The position numbers and the translations under genes are program-made. DNA of 63,116 bases, filler included. It is 7 parts of 7 records of this genome, joined end to end, with 100 filler letters (N's around TTAATTAATTAA, not from the genome) between each part and the next. Parts side by side here need not be neighbours in the genome. Positions count along the whole stretch, not along the records: positions 1 to 8,172 come from SRR31156797_653; positions 8,273 to 14,466 come from SRR31156797_656; 5 more parts are not named here. One strand, given 5' to 3'. Shown one piece after another: positions 1 to 8,514 of this stretch. Under the pieces are notes generated by a model that saw only the letters and a list, made by a program, of their open reading frames with translations, ran no database searches and was not told where the DNA came from. Each line of letters opens with the position of its first letter. Position 1 is the first letter of the stretch.

Positions 1-71
1 TTGCGAGGAGGAACGACGAAGCAATCTCGTATAAGTTTGTACCAGATTGCTTCACTTCGTTCGCAATGACG
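1..71. repeat. REP-like palindromic element (GTCATTGCGAG...CTCGCAATGAC type), truncated at contig start
   Basis: Nested inverted repeats GAAGCAATCT (18-27)/AGATTGCTTC (44-53) and TTGCGA (1-6)/TCGCAA (61-66), ending in TGAC. Confidence 0.75.
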
Positions 72-102
72 TTCGTCTTTATTTTTGTATTATTCTTTTA
101 TA

Positions 103-2160
103 CTACTTCAAAGCTTCCAAAGCTTTTTGTGTCTTATTCAAAATTGGTTGAACAGAAAGTGGGGCACCCACAGCTTCCATCATCCATTGGTTAGGAGTAA
201 GGCGGCCTTGTTCAAATATACGTTGCACTTCATTTGCAAAATCTTTATCAGCAATATATTCTTCCAATTGGAACTCAATAATTTGCCCAAATGAGTAAGC
301 AGATAAATATAATGGACTGGCAATCATGTGTGAATAAATTCCTTGTAAGGTTTCATCTTGCTGTCCAAAAACAGGTGCATAATATGCATTCCAAACTTCT
401 TTTGAAATTGTGATTACAGCTTGTTTCAATTGTTCAGCATTAGCATCAGGGTTTGCATACAACCATTTCCAAACTCTTTGATCAACTATTCCAACACCCA
501 TAATTTCGTATAATGCCCAGCATTTATCCAGTGTGTTTAAGTGTTCTTTTTCCGGATTGTCTATTTCCATGCCCAGAATTTCCAAATCACGACTTTGGAA
601 CATGAAAGCCAACGCTTCAGTAAATGCTGTATTTGGTACACCATTTAATGTATAGTAATCCACATCATATAATGAAATGGTTTGCTCAACATTGTGGCCA
701 AATTCGTGAATGGCAATATTGTATCCTTTGTAATTCATTCCGGTTTCAGGAATGCGGGTGCGAAGGTGAGCTTTTTCTCCTTTCATGCTGGCCCCCCAGG
801 CATGTCCGCTTCCACGGGCAGGATCTACAGCTATTTTATCGGATAAGTAATTAGCCCTGTTAGCATTAAAACCAAGTTTCTTGAGAATTGCAGGAAGCTC
901 ATTTTTCATGGCTTGTGCATTAGGAAACCACTTTTCAGTGGCTGCATTTAGTTTATCCTGATCAAGCATACTGCGTGTTTTGAACCCATCATACCAAATA
1001 TCGAAAGGTTCCAAATCGCGACCTAATCTTTTGCTAATTAATGCGCCTACATCCTTCAATACAGGAGAAGATACATATTCCACAAATAGTTTTTCTGTCT
1101 CTTCTTGCGAAATTTCCATTTCACCGGAGAATTTGCGTTTAATAAATGTATTTAGGACGGGATTGTATTCGTCCATTGCTTTAACAGCATGGAACAGGTT
1201 TAACATATTTTGATATCGGTCATTTGGTTCTGGTGTAGCTTCAACCTTTTTACCATCAATCAATATTTCGTTGGTAAAAGGGTTCCACTCTGGGTTTTCA
1301 TTATTGATAACCTGCTCAGGAATGGTTTGGTCTACAATCCGCTTCATTACACGATAAAGGGTGCGCTGCTTATCAAGTCCATTTTCCTTATCAGCATAGT
1401 TAGATTTGATTTCGTCGCGAATATTCCAGTGCGAAAGCAACTTCATGCCCTCCGGGAATAGTTTTTCACCTTTTTCAGTATATAACTGTCCAGCGAAAAT
1501 ATTGTAATCGGCAATGTAAACATCTGCAGCAGTTTCTGTTTCGCTATAATTCATTTTTAAACTAGCAGGTACGCGTGCTGTGAAGTAGTCTCCCAAACGT
1601 GCATAAGCCCATTCTTTTCGACTCCATTTTGCTCCCAGTTCATTTTTCTCAGCTAATGAATACTCTGGGAAGTTCAAAGTTATGATGTAGGCTATTTTGT
1701 TTTTATAAAAATCACTTTGCACATGTGCACCGGCGCTATATGCCCCAAACATTTGGTCTACAGGCATAACTTCGCCTTCACCAGTTAAATGAAGTGGTTC
1801 CAGAAGTTCAAGACTCACTTTATTAAAATGACCGTAAAGAATTTCAAAATTTCGAGCAATTTTTTCATAAACGATGTGTCTTTTTTCGTCATCAACTATG
1901 AAATTGACTTTACAAAATTCTGCAAATTCTTCCTCCGAACCATTTTCAGGAAACCATAGGTTAGCCGTTTGTTTCACTCCTTTTTCTAGGCGAATTTTAT
2001 CTACTTCAGGATTTTTTTCCATGATAAAATCTACCACCTTATCAATTGTTGATTGCTCAATGGTTGATTTGGATACTTCATTTTTTATTGCAGCCTGTTC
2101 TGCACATCCGGCAAAAATAAATATTGCCAGAATCAGTGTAATATGGATAAGTTTTTTCAT
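103..2160 (-). CDS. Lipoprotein, putative zinc metallopeptidase (gluzincin-like)
   Basis: Start taken at MKKLIHITLILAIFIFAGC (lipobox) instead of the ORF-track start 2298, which overlaps the next gene; HEFGH motif plus downstream NTAFTEALA. Confidence 0.7.
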   Translation of the reverse strand: MKKLIHITLILAIFIFAGCAEQAAIKNEVSKSTIEQSTIDKVVDFIMEKNPEVDKIRLEKGVKQTANLWFPENGSEEEFAEFCKVNFIVDDEKRHIVYEKIARNFEILYGHFNKVSLELLEPLHLTGEGEVMPVDQMFGAYSAGAHVQSDFYKNKIAYIITLNFPEYSLAEKNELGAKWSRKEWAYARLGDYFTARVPASLKMNYSETETAADVYIADYNIFAGQLYTEKGEKLFPEGMKLLSHWNIRDEIKSNYADKENGLDKQRTLYRVMKRIVDQTIPEQVINNENPEWNPFTNEILIDGKKVEATPEPNDRYQNMLNLFHAVKAMDEYNPVLNTFIKRKFSGEMEISQEETEKLFVEYVSSPVLKDVGALISKRLGRDLEPFDIWYDGFKTRSMLDQDKLNAATEKWFPNAQAMKNELPAILKKLGFNANRANYLSDKIAVDPARGSGHAWGASMKGEKAHLRTRIPETGMNYKGYNIAIHEFGHNVEQTISLYDVDYYTLNGVPNTAFTEALAFMFQSRDLEILGMEIDNPEKEHLNTLDKCWALYEIMGVGIVDQRVWKWLYANPDANAEQLKQAVITISKEVWNAYYAPVFGQQDETLQGIYSHMIASPLYLSAYSFGQIIEFQLEEYIADKDFANEVQRIFEQGRLTPNQWMMEAVGAPLSVQPILNKTQKALEALK

Positions 2161-2188
2161 TGTGATTAAAATATTGTATTGAATTGTT

Positions 2189-2617
2189 TTAAAATAGTTT
2201 TCGAATGTTCGTGTGGACAAATTCCATGGCAAATTCTTCCATTTCATTGACTGTTTTTCTATGCTTTTTAAGTTTTTCCAGGTCTTCATCACTTTCAATT
2301 AAGGGATGATCGGTTGTTTTATGTATTAATTTTGATTTTGGAAATTGATTTTGTGCCTGTGCTTTGGCTGATTCTGAAAGCGTAATGATCCAATCAAACT
2401 TATTTTTTGTAATATCAGTTAATGAAGTAGGTTTGTGTTTTGTAATATCAATTACCGCTTCCATCATAGCTTTGGCTGCAATTAAATTAAGTTTTTCAGG
2501 TTTTATGCCAGCGCTTTTTACATCGGCATTATCTTTAGTGTAATATTCAATCCAGCCTTTTAGCATTGGCCCTCTTGTAGCGTCTTGATCAGATAATATT
2601 AGTACGGTTGGTTTCAT
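2189..2617 (-). CDS. ArsC/low-molecular-weight PTP-fold protein lacking catalytic cysteines
   Basis: VLIL-SDQDAT-RGPM, SAGIKPE, IDITKHKP and FDWIITL follow the LMW-PTP/ArsC pattern; the protein has no Cys. Confidence 0.75.
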   Translation of the reverse strand: MKPTVLILSDQDATRGPMLKGWIEYYTKDNADVKSAGIKPEKLNLIAAKAMMEAVIDITKHKPTSLTDITKNKFDWIITLSESAKAQAQNQFPKSKLIHKTTDHPLIESDEDLEKLKKHRKTVNEMEEFAMEFVHTNIRKLF

Positions 2618-2624
2618 TTGAAGC

Positions 2625-2632
2625 CAAATTTA
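2625..2632 (-). promoter_or_regulatory. Bacteroidota -7 promoter element (TAAATTTG)
   Basis: Matches TAnnTTTG, 7 nt upstream of the ATG at 2617. Confidence 0.5.
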
Positions 2633-2770
2633 GCATATTAGAATTTCATTAACAAATATGTGCATATTCTATCAAATTGTTTGTAAAAAGAAATTAATAT
2701 TACCTTAATGATTGGTATCATATTCTTTTATATCTTTTCCTACCGTTTTTTATTTATAAAGCTAATAGTA

Positions 2771-4465
2771 ATGAAAAGAATAGTCTGGATAACCTTGATA
2801 GCAGTCTCTATTATGATGTGGGGATGCAAAAAGAAAAGTAAACTTTTTCAGAATTTTCCATTTGAAATTATACCGGAGTCCAATGAGCAATCTGCTAAAG
2901 GTTTTGTGTTTAATGATAAAAATGAAAACAGTGTAAAAGATGAGGGAGAAGAGGGTGTTGCCGGAGTGGCTGTTTCAAATGGAACTGATGTGGTGATTAC
3001 AAACAAGGAGGGGTTTTATTCTCTTCCGGTTTCTAATGATGCTGCCATTTTTGTAATCAAACCTAAAGATTGGATGACTCCTGTAAATGAGAATAATTTG
3101 CCGCAGTTTTACTATTTACATAAACCTGAAGGATATCCTGATACATATAAATTCAAAGGAGTAGAGCCAACAGGGGAATTGCCCGATGAGATCAATTTTC
3201 CATTGTACAAGGCTACTTATAAGTCGGATTTTAAAATGGTAGTTTTTGGTGATCCGCAACCTTACAATATTCGCCAGGTTGATTATGTAGCAGAAGATAT
3301 TGTTCGTGAATTGATTGGTCGTAAAGATTTATCATTCGGAATGACCATGGGGGATATTGTCGGTGATGATTTGGATTTATTTTCACCACTCAATCAGGCC
3401 ATAGCACAAATTGGTATTCCATGGTACAATGTGCTTGGGAATCATGATATTAACTATATGGCACCCAACGATATATTATCTGATGAAACCTACGAGAGAG
3501 TATATGGTCCGGCAACCTATGCTTTTGTATATGGAGACGTCCATTTTATTGTAGTTGATGATGTAATACATGATAGTTTAGCAGGTTCATGGAAATATGT
3601 TGGAGGATTGCGTCCTGATCAGTTTGAGTTTGTATCCAATTATTTAAAAACGGTTTCGAAAGAAGATTTGGTAGTGCTTACCATGCATATTCCTTTGGCC
3701 ATGCATGGTGAAACATTTCGCCAGAGCGATCAGAAAAAGCTATTTGATTTATTGAAAGAATTTCCTCATACACTTTCCATATCAGCACACATGCATACGC
3801 AGGACAATATGTTTTTCCATGAGCATGATTCCCATTGGCATCAGACTGAACCACACCATCATTATAATGTAGGAACTACCTCAGGTAGTTGGTGGACAGG
3901 AATGAAGGGTGAAACAGATATTCCACATACCATGATGCGTGATGGAACACCAAATGGCTATTCATTTATTTCATTTAAAGGTACTGAGTATGTTATTGAT
4001 TGGAAAGTAGCCGGAAGTCCGGAAGATCATCGTATGAATATTCATGTCCCACGTGGAATTACAGCTTTTTCTGAAGAAAAAGTTATTTTAACGGTTAATT
4101 TTTTCAATGGCAGTGAACAATCTGAATTGAAATACAAAGTGATCGGAAAAACAGGATGGTTACCTTTAACACGAGTAAAAAAGGTTGATCCATATTATGC
4201 CTTACTTAATCAAAAATGGAAGAATTTTGATAGTTTGAAGATCATTGAAACATGGAAAAATGATTCATTTACAAGTAAACAACCCGTACCTGGTTATCAC
4301 CTGCCTCGTCCTGCAAAATCTACACATCTTTGGGAAGCCGAATTAGGAACTATATGGCCGGCTGGAAGATATACTATCGAGGTGCAGGCAAAAGACAGAT
4401 ATGGAAGAACTTTCACGGCTTATCAAACAATGCGTGTTAAGGCTGCAGAAAAAGAGGAGGAGTAA
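2771..4465 (+). CDS. Calcineurin-like metallophosphoesterase lipoprotein
   Basis: Lipobox MWGC; motifs GDPQ, GDIVGD, GNHD, MHIP, AHMH; C-terminal MRDGTPNGY and STHLW typical of the family; start placed at MKRIVW. Confidence 0.85.
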   Translation: MKRIVWITLIAVSIMMWGCKKKSKLFQNFPFEIIPESNEQSAKGFVFNDKNENSVKDEGEEGVAGVAVSNGTDVVITNKEGFYSLPVSNDAAIFVIKPKDWMTPVNENNLPQFYYLHKPEGYPDTYKFKGVEPTGELPDEINFPLYKATYKSDFKMVVFGDPQPYNIRQVDYVAEDIVRELIGRKDLSFGMTMGDIVGDDLDLFSPLNQAIAQIGIPWYNVLGNHDINYMAPNDILSDETYERVYGPATYAFVYGDVHFIVVDDVIHDSLAGSWKYVGGLRPDQFEFVSNYLKTVSKEDLVVLTMHIPLAMHGETFRQSDQKKLFDLLKEFPHTLSISAHMHTQDNMFFHEHDSHWHQTEPHHHYNVGTTSGSWWTGMKGETDIPHTMMRDGTPNGYSFISFKGTEYVIDWKVAGSPEDHRMNIHVPRGITAFSEEKVILTVNFFNGSEQSELKYKVIGKTGWLPLTRVKKVDPYYALLNQKWKNFDSLKIIETWKNDSFTSKQPVPGYHLPRPAKSTHLWEAELGTIWPAGRYTIEVQAKDRYGRTFTAYQTMRVKAAEKEEE

Positions 4466-4558
4466 AATTAGAGACTTGACAGATTTTTGATAGTTATTGA
4501 GGAATTTCAAAATCCCATTTGAAATATGTATTTTTATTGCCATAAATAATTGGTGCAG

Positions 4559-5578
4559 ATGAGTGAAGATTTTGACATAAGAGCACAGGGCGCTTCAGAA
4601 GAGAAAGAATTTGAACAAAAATTACGTCCGCTCACATTTGATGATTTTAACGGACAGCAAAAAATACTGGAAAACCTTCAGATATTTGTAAAGGCAGCCA
4701 AATTACGTGGCGATGCATTAGACCATGTACTTTTGCACGGACCTCCAGGATTGGGTAAAACTACTTTAGCCAATATTATTGCCAATGAGTTGAATGTAGG
4801 TTTTAAAATTACCAGTGGACCTGTTTTGGACAAGCCCGGTGATTTGGCTGGGATTCTTACAAGCCTGGAGCCTGACGATGTGCTTTTTATTGATGAAATT
4901 CATAGATTGAATCCCATTGTAGAAGAATATTTATACTCTGCCATGGAGGATTTTCGTATTGATATTTTAATTGATAAAGGTCCAAGTGCACGTTCTGTTC
5001 AATTGAACCTGGAACCGTTTACCATGGTAGCCGCTACCACACGTTCTGGCTTACTTACCAGTCCCTTGAGGGCACGTTTTGGAATTAATTTGCACCTGGA
5101 ATATTATGATGCTGAAGTGATACAAAAAATTATTCATCGTTCGGCGCGAATCTTAAATATTCCTATTGAAAATGATGCTGCCGGAGAAATAGCTTCTCGT
5201 AGTCGGGGTACACCTCGTATTGCCAATGCTTTATTACGCAGAGTAAGAGATTTTGCGCAGGTAAAAGGTGATGGCAAAATCGATAAAAAAATTGCACTTT
5301 ATTCTCTTGAAGCATTGAATATTGATCGGTTTGGTTTGGATGAAATAGATAATAAAATTTTGTCAACTATTATCGATAAATTTCAGGGTGGTCCGGTAGG
5401 GTTAACTACCATTGGTACTGCCATAGGTGAGGATGCAGGTACTGTGGAAGAAGTGTATGAACCATTCCTTATAAAAGAAGGGTTTCTGAAACGCACTCCA
5501 CGTGGAAGACAAGCTACACCCTTGGCTTATGAACATCTTGGTAAAATTCATCCATCAAACCAAAGTAGACTATTCTAG
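4559..5578 (+). CDS. ruvB: Holliday junction branch migration helicase RuvB
   Basis: [41 protein letters not shown]. Confidence 0.98.
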   Translation: MSEDFDIRAQGASEEKEFEQKLRPLTFDDFNGQQKILENLQIFVKAAKLRGDALDHVLLHGPPGLGKTTLANIIANELNVGFKITSGPVLDKPGDLAGILTSLEPDDVLFIDEIHRLNPIVEEYLYSAMEDFRIDILIDKGPSARSVQLNLEPFTMVAATTRSGLLTSPLRARFGINLHLEYYDAEVIQKIIHRSARILNIPIENDAAGEIASRSRGTPRIANALLRRVRDFAQVKGDGKIDKKIALYSLEALNIDRFGLDEIDNKILSTIIDKFQGGPVGLTTIGTAIGEDAGTVEEVYEPFLIKEGFLKRTPRGRQATPLAYEHLGKIHPSNQSRLF

Positions 5579-5600
5579 CTGAATTTAACTAGAAATAAAG

Positions 5601-5690
5601 AAGCCTGAAGGGATTCAAATAAATAGCTTGGGATGAAATCCGAGGTATAGTAGGTCGTAAATTCACAATAACCCTGAAGGGGTTTAACTA
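5601..5690. repeat. REP-like intergenic element with paired CCTGAAGGG hairpin units
   Basis: AAGCCTGAAGGGATT (5601-) and AACCCTGAAGGGGTT (5670-) flank a central CTTGGGATGAAATCCGAGG hairpin. Confidence 0.55.
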
Positions 5691-5708
5691 ATTTCATGAA
5701 AAAATTAT

Positions 5709-6665
5709 ATGTCAATTCAAAATCAACATACTGCACAAATCATTAAAAAAGCCATCGAAATTGGCTTTCATGCAGCTAACGTAGTTGATTTGACAGCTAT
5801 AAACCCGGATTTCGAAAAATTTTACCATCAGTGGCTGCAAAAAGGCTACCATGGTGAAATGGCATACATGGAGAAAAACGCCCAACAACGTTTTACGCCG
5901 GAAATGCTTGTTGAAAATGCCCGAAGTGCTATTGTCGTAATGGCATCATACAACCATGGTAAACCAAAATTGAAAAGTCGATATAAAATTTCGAGGTACG
6001 CTTTGGGTACTGATTACCATTATGTGGTGAAACAAAAACTAAATGAATTACTTGATTTTGTAAAAACGTTTTATCCGGAAATCAATGGTAGGGCGTTTAC
6101 TGATTCAGCTCCGGTTCCAGAGCGCTATTTAGCCACAAAAGCTGGTCTAGGTTTTATTGGAAAGAATGGCATGCTGATTAATGAAGAACTTGGTTCGTTT
6201 GTTTTTTTAGGTGTTTTGTATTTGGACATACCGCTTGATAATGTTGTAGACAATAAAAAGGGTAGAGTTTATAGCGAAGAATACTCTCAATGTGCTGATT
6301 GTGATTTGTGTATGAAAGCCTGTCCAAATAATGCAATTGTCCAACCTGGCATTGTAGATAGTAATAAATGTATCTCTTATAAAACCATTGAATATAAAGG
6401 GGAATTTAACGAAAAGGATCGTTTAGCAGAATACATATTTGGCTGTGATATTTGTCAGCAAGTTTGCCCTTACAATAAAGAGATTGATATAACTGGTTGG
6501 TCAGAGTTTGCCCCTCGAAAAGAAATAACAGAATTATCTGATGAGGATTGGCAAAATATGGGAAGCAGTCAATTTAAAAGAGTCTTTTCTCAAACTGTCT
6601 TGTTTAGGACAGGATTGAAAAGGTTGAGGAGGAATATAAATCAGAATAACTCAGGTTCTGCTTAA
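5709..6665 (+). CDS. queG: tRNA epoxyqueuosine(34) reductase QueG
   Basis: GYHGEMAYM, SRYALGTDYH, DSAPVPER, CADCDLCMKACP, FGCDICQQVCP. Confidence 0.95.
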   Translation: MSIQNQHTAQIIKKAIEIGFHAANVVDLTAINPDFEKFYHQWLQKGYHGEMAYMEKNAQQRFTPEMLVENARSAIVVMASYNHGKPKLKSRYKISRYALGTDYHYVVKQKLNELLDFVKTFYPEINGRAFTDSAPVPERYLATKAGLGFIGKNGMLINEELGSFVFLGVLYLDIPLDNVVDNKKGRVYSEEYSQCADCDLCMKACPNNAIVQPGIVDSNKCISYKTIEYKGEFNEKDRLAEYIFGCDICQQVCPYNKEIDITGWSEFAPRKEITELSDEDWQNMGSSQFKRVFSQTVLFRTGLKRLRRNINQNNSGSA

Positions 6666-6760
6666 CAAAATCCTTTATTAACTTTTTTGTATTGTCGTAT
6701 CTTTTTAATTAACTTTATCTTAGTTAATTAACACTTTTTTATTCATTTAAAACACACATC

Positions 6761-7201
6761 ATGAGAAATATTTTATTAATCACATTGGCTTTTTTTCTAA
6801 TATCGATTTCTTGTGGATCACCTCAAGAAAATAAAGATGATTCAAAAGCACCTAAAAAAGAGCAGAAAGCGAAAAAAGAAAAACAAGAGCTAAACGTAGA
6901 AAGATATTGCAAAATCAGCAATGAATTGAGAGCGCTATTAATGGAAAAGTACTGGGAAAAGTTTAAAGGTAAGTCATATGAAGAGGCGAAAGGTATTTAT
7001 GCTGATTATTTGAAAGAAGAAGATGCAATATTCGACAAGTATGGTATGGAAGACAAATTAGATCTCTCAAATTATTTCAGAATTCATTTTAAAGAAATTG
7101 AGGAATTCCAGTCTACAAATCCTGAGCACAAAGATTATGATGAATATAAGGATGCCAAATTGAAGATAATTTCCTTTGCAAGTGCAAAATCAATGGAATA
7201 G
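6761..7201 (+). CDS. Hypothetical lipoprotein
   Basis: Signal peptide ending ISC; charged helical mature part. Confidence 0.7.
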   Translation: MRNILLITLAFFLISISCGSPQENKDDSKAPKKEQKAKKEKQELNVERYCKISNELRALLMEKYWEKFKGKSYEEAKGIYADYLKEEDAIFDKYGMEDKLDLSNYFRIHFKEIEEFQSTNPEHKDYDEYKDAKLKIISFASAKSME

Positions 7202-7219
7202 TTATAGAATAAAGAAATT

Positions 7220-7256
7220 AAAGCCCTGTTCAAATTGAGCAGGGTTTTGGTTTTTT
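7220..7256. terminator. Intrinsic terminator between convergent genes
   Basis: AAAGCCCTGTTCAA-A-TTGAGCAGGGTTTT hairpin followed by T-tracts. Confidence 0.7.
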
Positions 7257-8049
7257 AGTATTTCTGAATTTTCATATCTACCACAATATGATCATCATTC
7301 AGTGTTTTAACTTTTATAACTCCAATTTTACTATTGCGTAGTTTAATTAAAACCAGATGTGGGAAATATGAATTCGCAAAAAATTCATTGGGGTTGTTTT
7401 CAATATTTAATCCATCCAATAAACTATCAGTTTCCATTGTATCAAAGTCAGAAGAGCTTATAAAAGGTGCTTCCAAAAAATTATCAATGTCGGTGTGGGT
7501 AGGATTTGTAAAACTAACTCCATCAAAATCTACACTATCCGGGCTGATAAATTGCATTTCTGAATTAGAAATATAGTTAAATCCTATATGCACAAAAGAA
7601 CTTGTACTATCATTAATTAAACTATCTAAATACATTTCTTCTGTGCTGAAAGACCAAAACCTCCCGTAATCACTCAAAGTATCCAGCCCAAATTTTATAT
7701 CTGTGTAAGTATTTATACTGCTAAATCCTGTAATATTAACGAATTGAACTTGTTTACTCAGTAAATCTCCATTTTGAACAGATAATGATACTCTGAATTC
7801 ACCATTTTTTTCAATGTTAATATTTTCTGGCTCAAATAAAGTGGATGAGCTTTCTGATGCTCCTTCACCAAATTCCCACAAATATGAATCTGCTTCCAGA
7901 GACTTATTGGTAAGTATTAGGGTAGCATTAGGGGCTTCTCCTGTTATTGATACCTCAAAATCAGCCTTAACGAGTGTAGAATTATCTTTATTTGAGCAAG
8001 CAAAAAATATGGTGATGATTGCTATACTTATTATTGCGAGTTTTTTCAT
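7255..8049 (-). CDS. PKD-domain lipoprotein
   Basis: Start MKKLAIISIAIITIFFAC; ADF...APNA..TNKS..ADSYLWEFGEG PKD signature; the ORF-track extension to 8151 runs into a tRNA. Confidence 0.75.
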   Translation of the reverse strand: MKKLAIISIAIITIFFACSNKDNSTLVKADFEVSITGEAPNATLILTNKSLEADSYLWEFGEGASESSSTLFEPENINIEKNGEFRVSLSVQNGDLLSKQVQFVNITGFSSINTYTDIKFGLDTLSDYGRFWSFSTEEMYLDSLINDSTSSFVHIGFNYISNSEMQFISPDSVDFDGVSFTNPTHTDIDNFLEAPFISSSDFDTMETDSLLDGLNIENNPNEFFANSYFPHLVLIKLRNSKIGVIKVKTLNDDHIVVDMKIQKY

Positions 8050-8070
8050 TGTTGGATTTTTATGCAAAAT

Positions 8071-8102
8071 AAAAAAAAGCCCTGCAATTTGCAAGGCTTT
8101 TC
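8071..8102 (-). terminator. Terminator downstream of tRNA-Met
   Basis: Minus strand AAAGCCTTGC-AAATT-GCAGGGCTTTTTTTT. Confidence 0.75.
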
Positions 8103-8105
8103 TTG

Positions 8106-8172
8106 TAGCGAGTCCCGGACTTGAACCGGGGACCTCATGATTATGAATCATGCGCTCTAACCAGCTGAGCTA
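8106..8172 (-). tRNA. tRNA-Met (CAT), 5' end truncated by contig end
   Basis: Minus strand TAGCTCAGCTGGTTAGAGCG-CATGA-TTCATAA-TCATG-AGGTC-CCCGGTTCAAGTCCGGG-ACTCGCTA; probably elongator Met, Ile2 not excluded; CCA not encoded. Confidence 0.92.
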
Positions 8173-8272
8173 NNNNNNNNNNNNNNNNNNNNNNNNNNNN
8201 NNNNNNNNNNNNNNNNTTAATTAATTAANNNNNNNNNNNNNNNNNNNNNNNNNNNNNNNNNNNNNNNNNNNN
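8173..8272. other. Artificial contig spacer
   Basis: N44-TTAATTAATTAA-N44 (stops in all six frames). Confidence 0.99.
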
Positions 8273-8355
8273 CCGGGATTCGAACCCGGGGTACCGCTAT
8301 TAACAGTACACACGATTTCCAATCGTGCACCTTCAGCCAGCTCGGTCATCTTTCC
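8273..8355 (-). tRNA. tRNA-Ser (GGA), 3' end truncated by contig start
   Basis: Minus strand GGAAAGATGACCGAGCTGGCTGAAGGTG-CACGA-TTGGAAA-TCGTG, long variable arm, CCGGGTTCGAATCCCGG. Confidence 0.93.
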
Positions 8356-8514
8356 TTTAAAAAGCTGAATAAAATAGTGCGCACAAAGCTTAAAGTCAAT
8401 GAAAACAAGATAAATAAAAGAATTATATTTTATGGGCTTTACATATTTTAATAGATATATTAGGCTGATGCGTACATATAGGTTTATAATTAAAAAGTAA
8501 TTCCCCGTATATAC

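Noticed and set aside
2161-2298. N-terminal extension of the 731-aa ORF
   Set aside because: Overlaps the ArsC-like gene; the signal peptide begins at 2160
8050-8151. N-terminal extension of the PKD lipoprotein ORF
   Set aside because: It is a read-through of the tRNA-Met and its terminator
8217-8228. Recurrent TTAATTAATTAA motif inside N-runs (six copies) as a biological repeat or CRISPR
   Set aside because: Identical, centred in fixed-length N padding and encoding stops in all frames: an assembly linker
8106-8355. Apparent tRNA-Ser/tRNA-Met cluster or integration site
   Set aside because: The two tRNAs are on different contigs separated by a spacer, probably from different organisms
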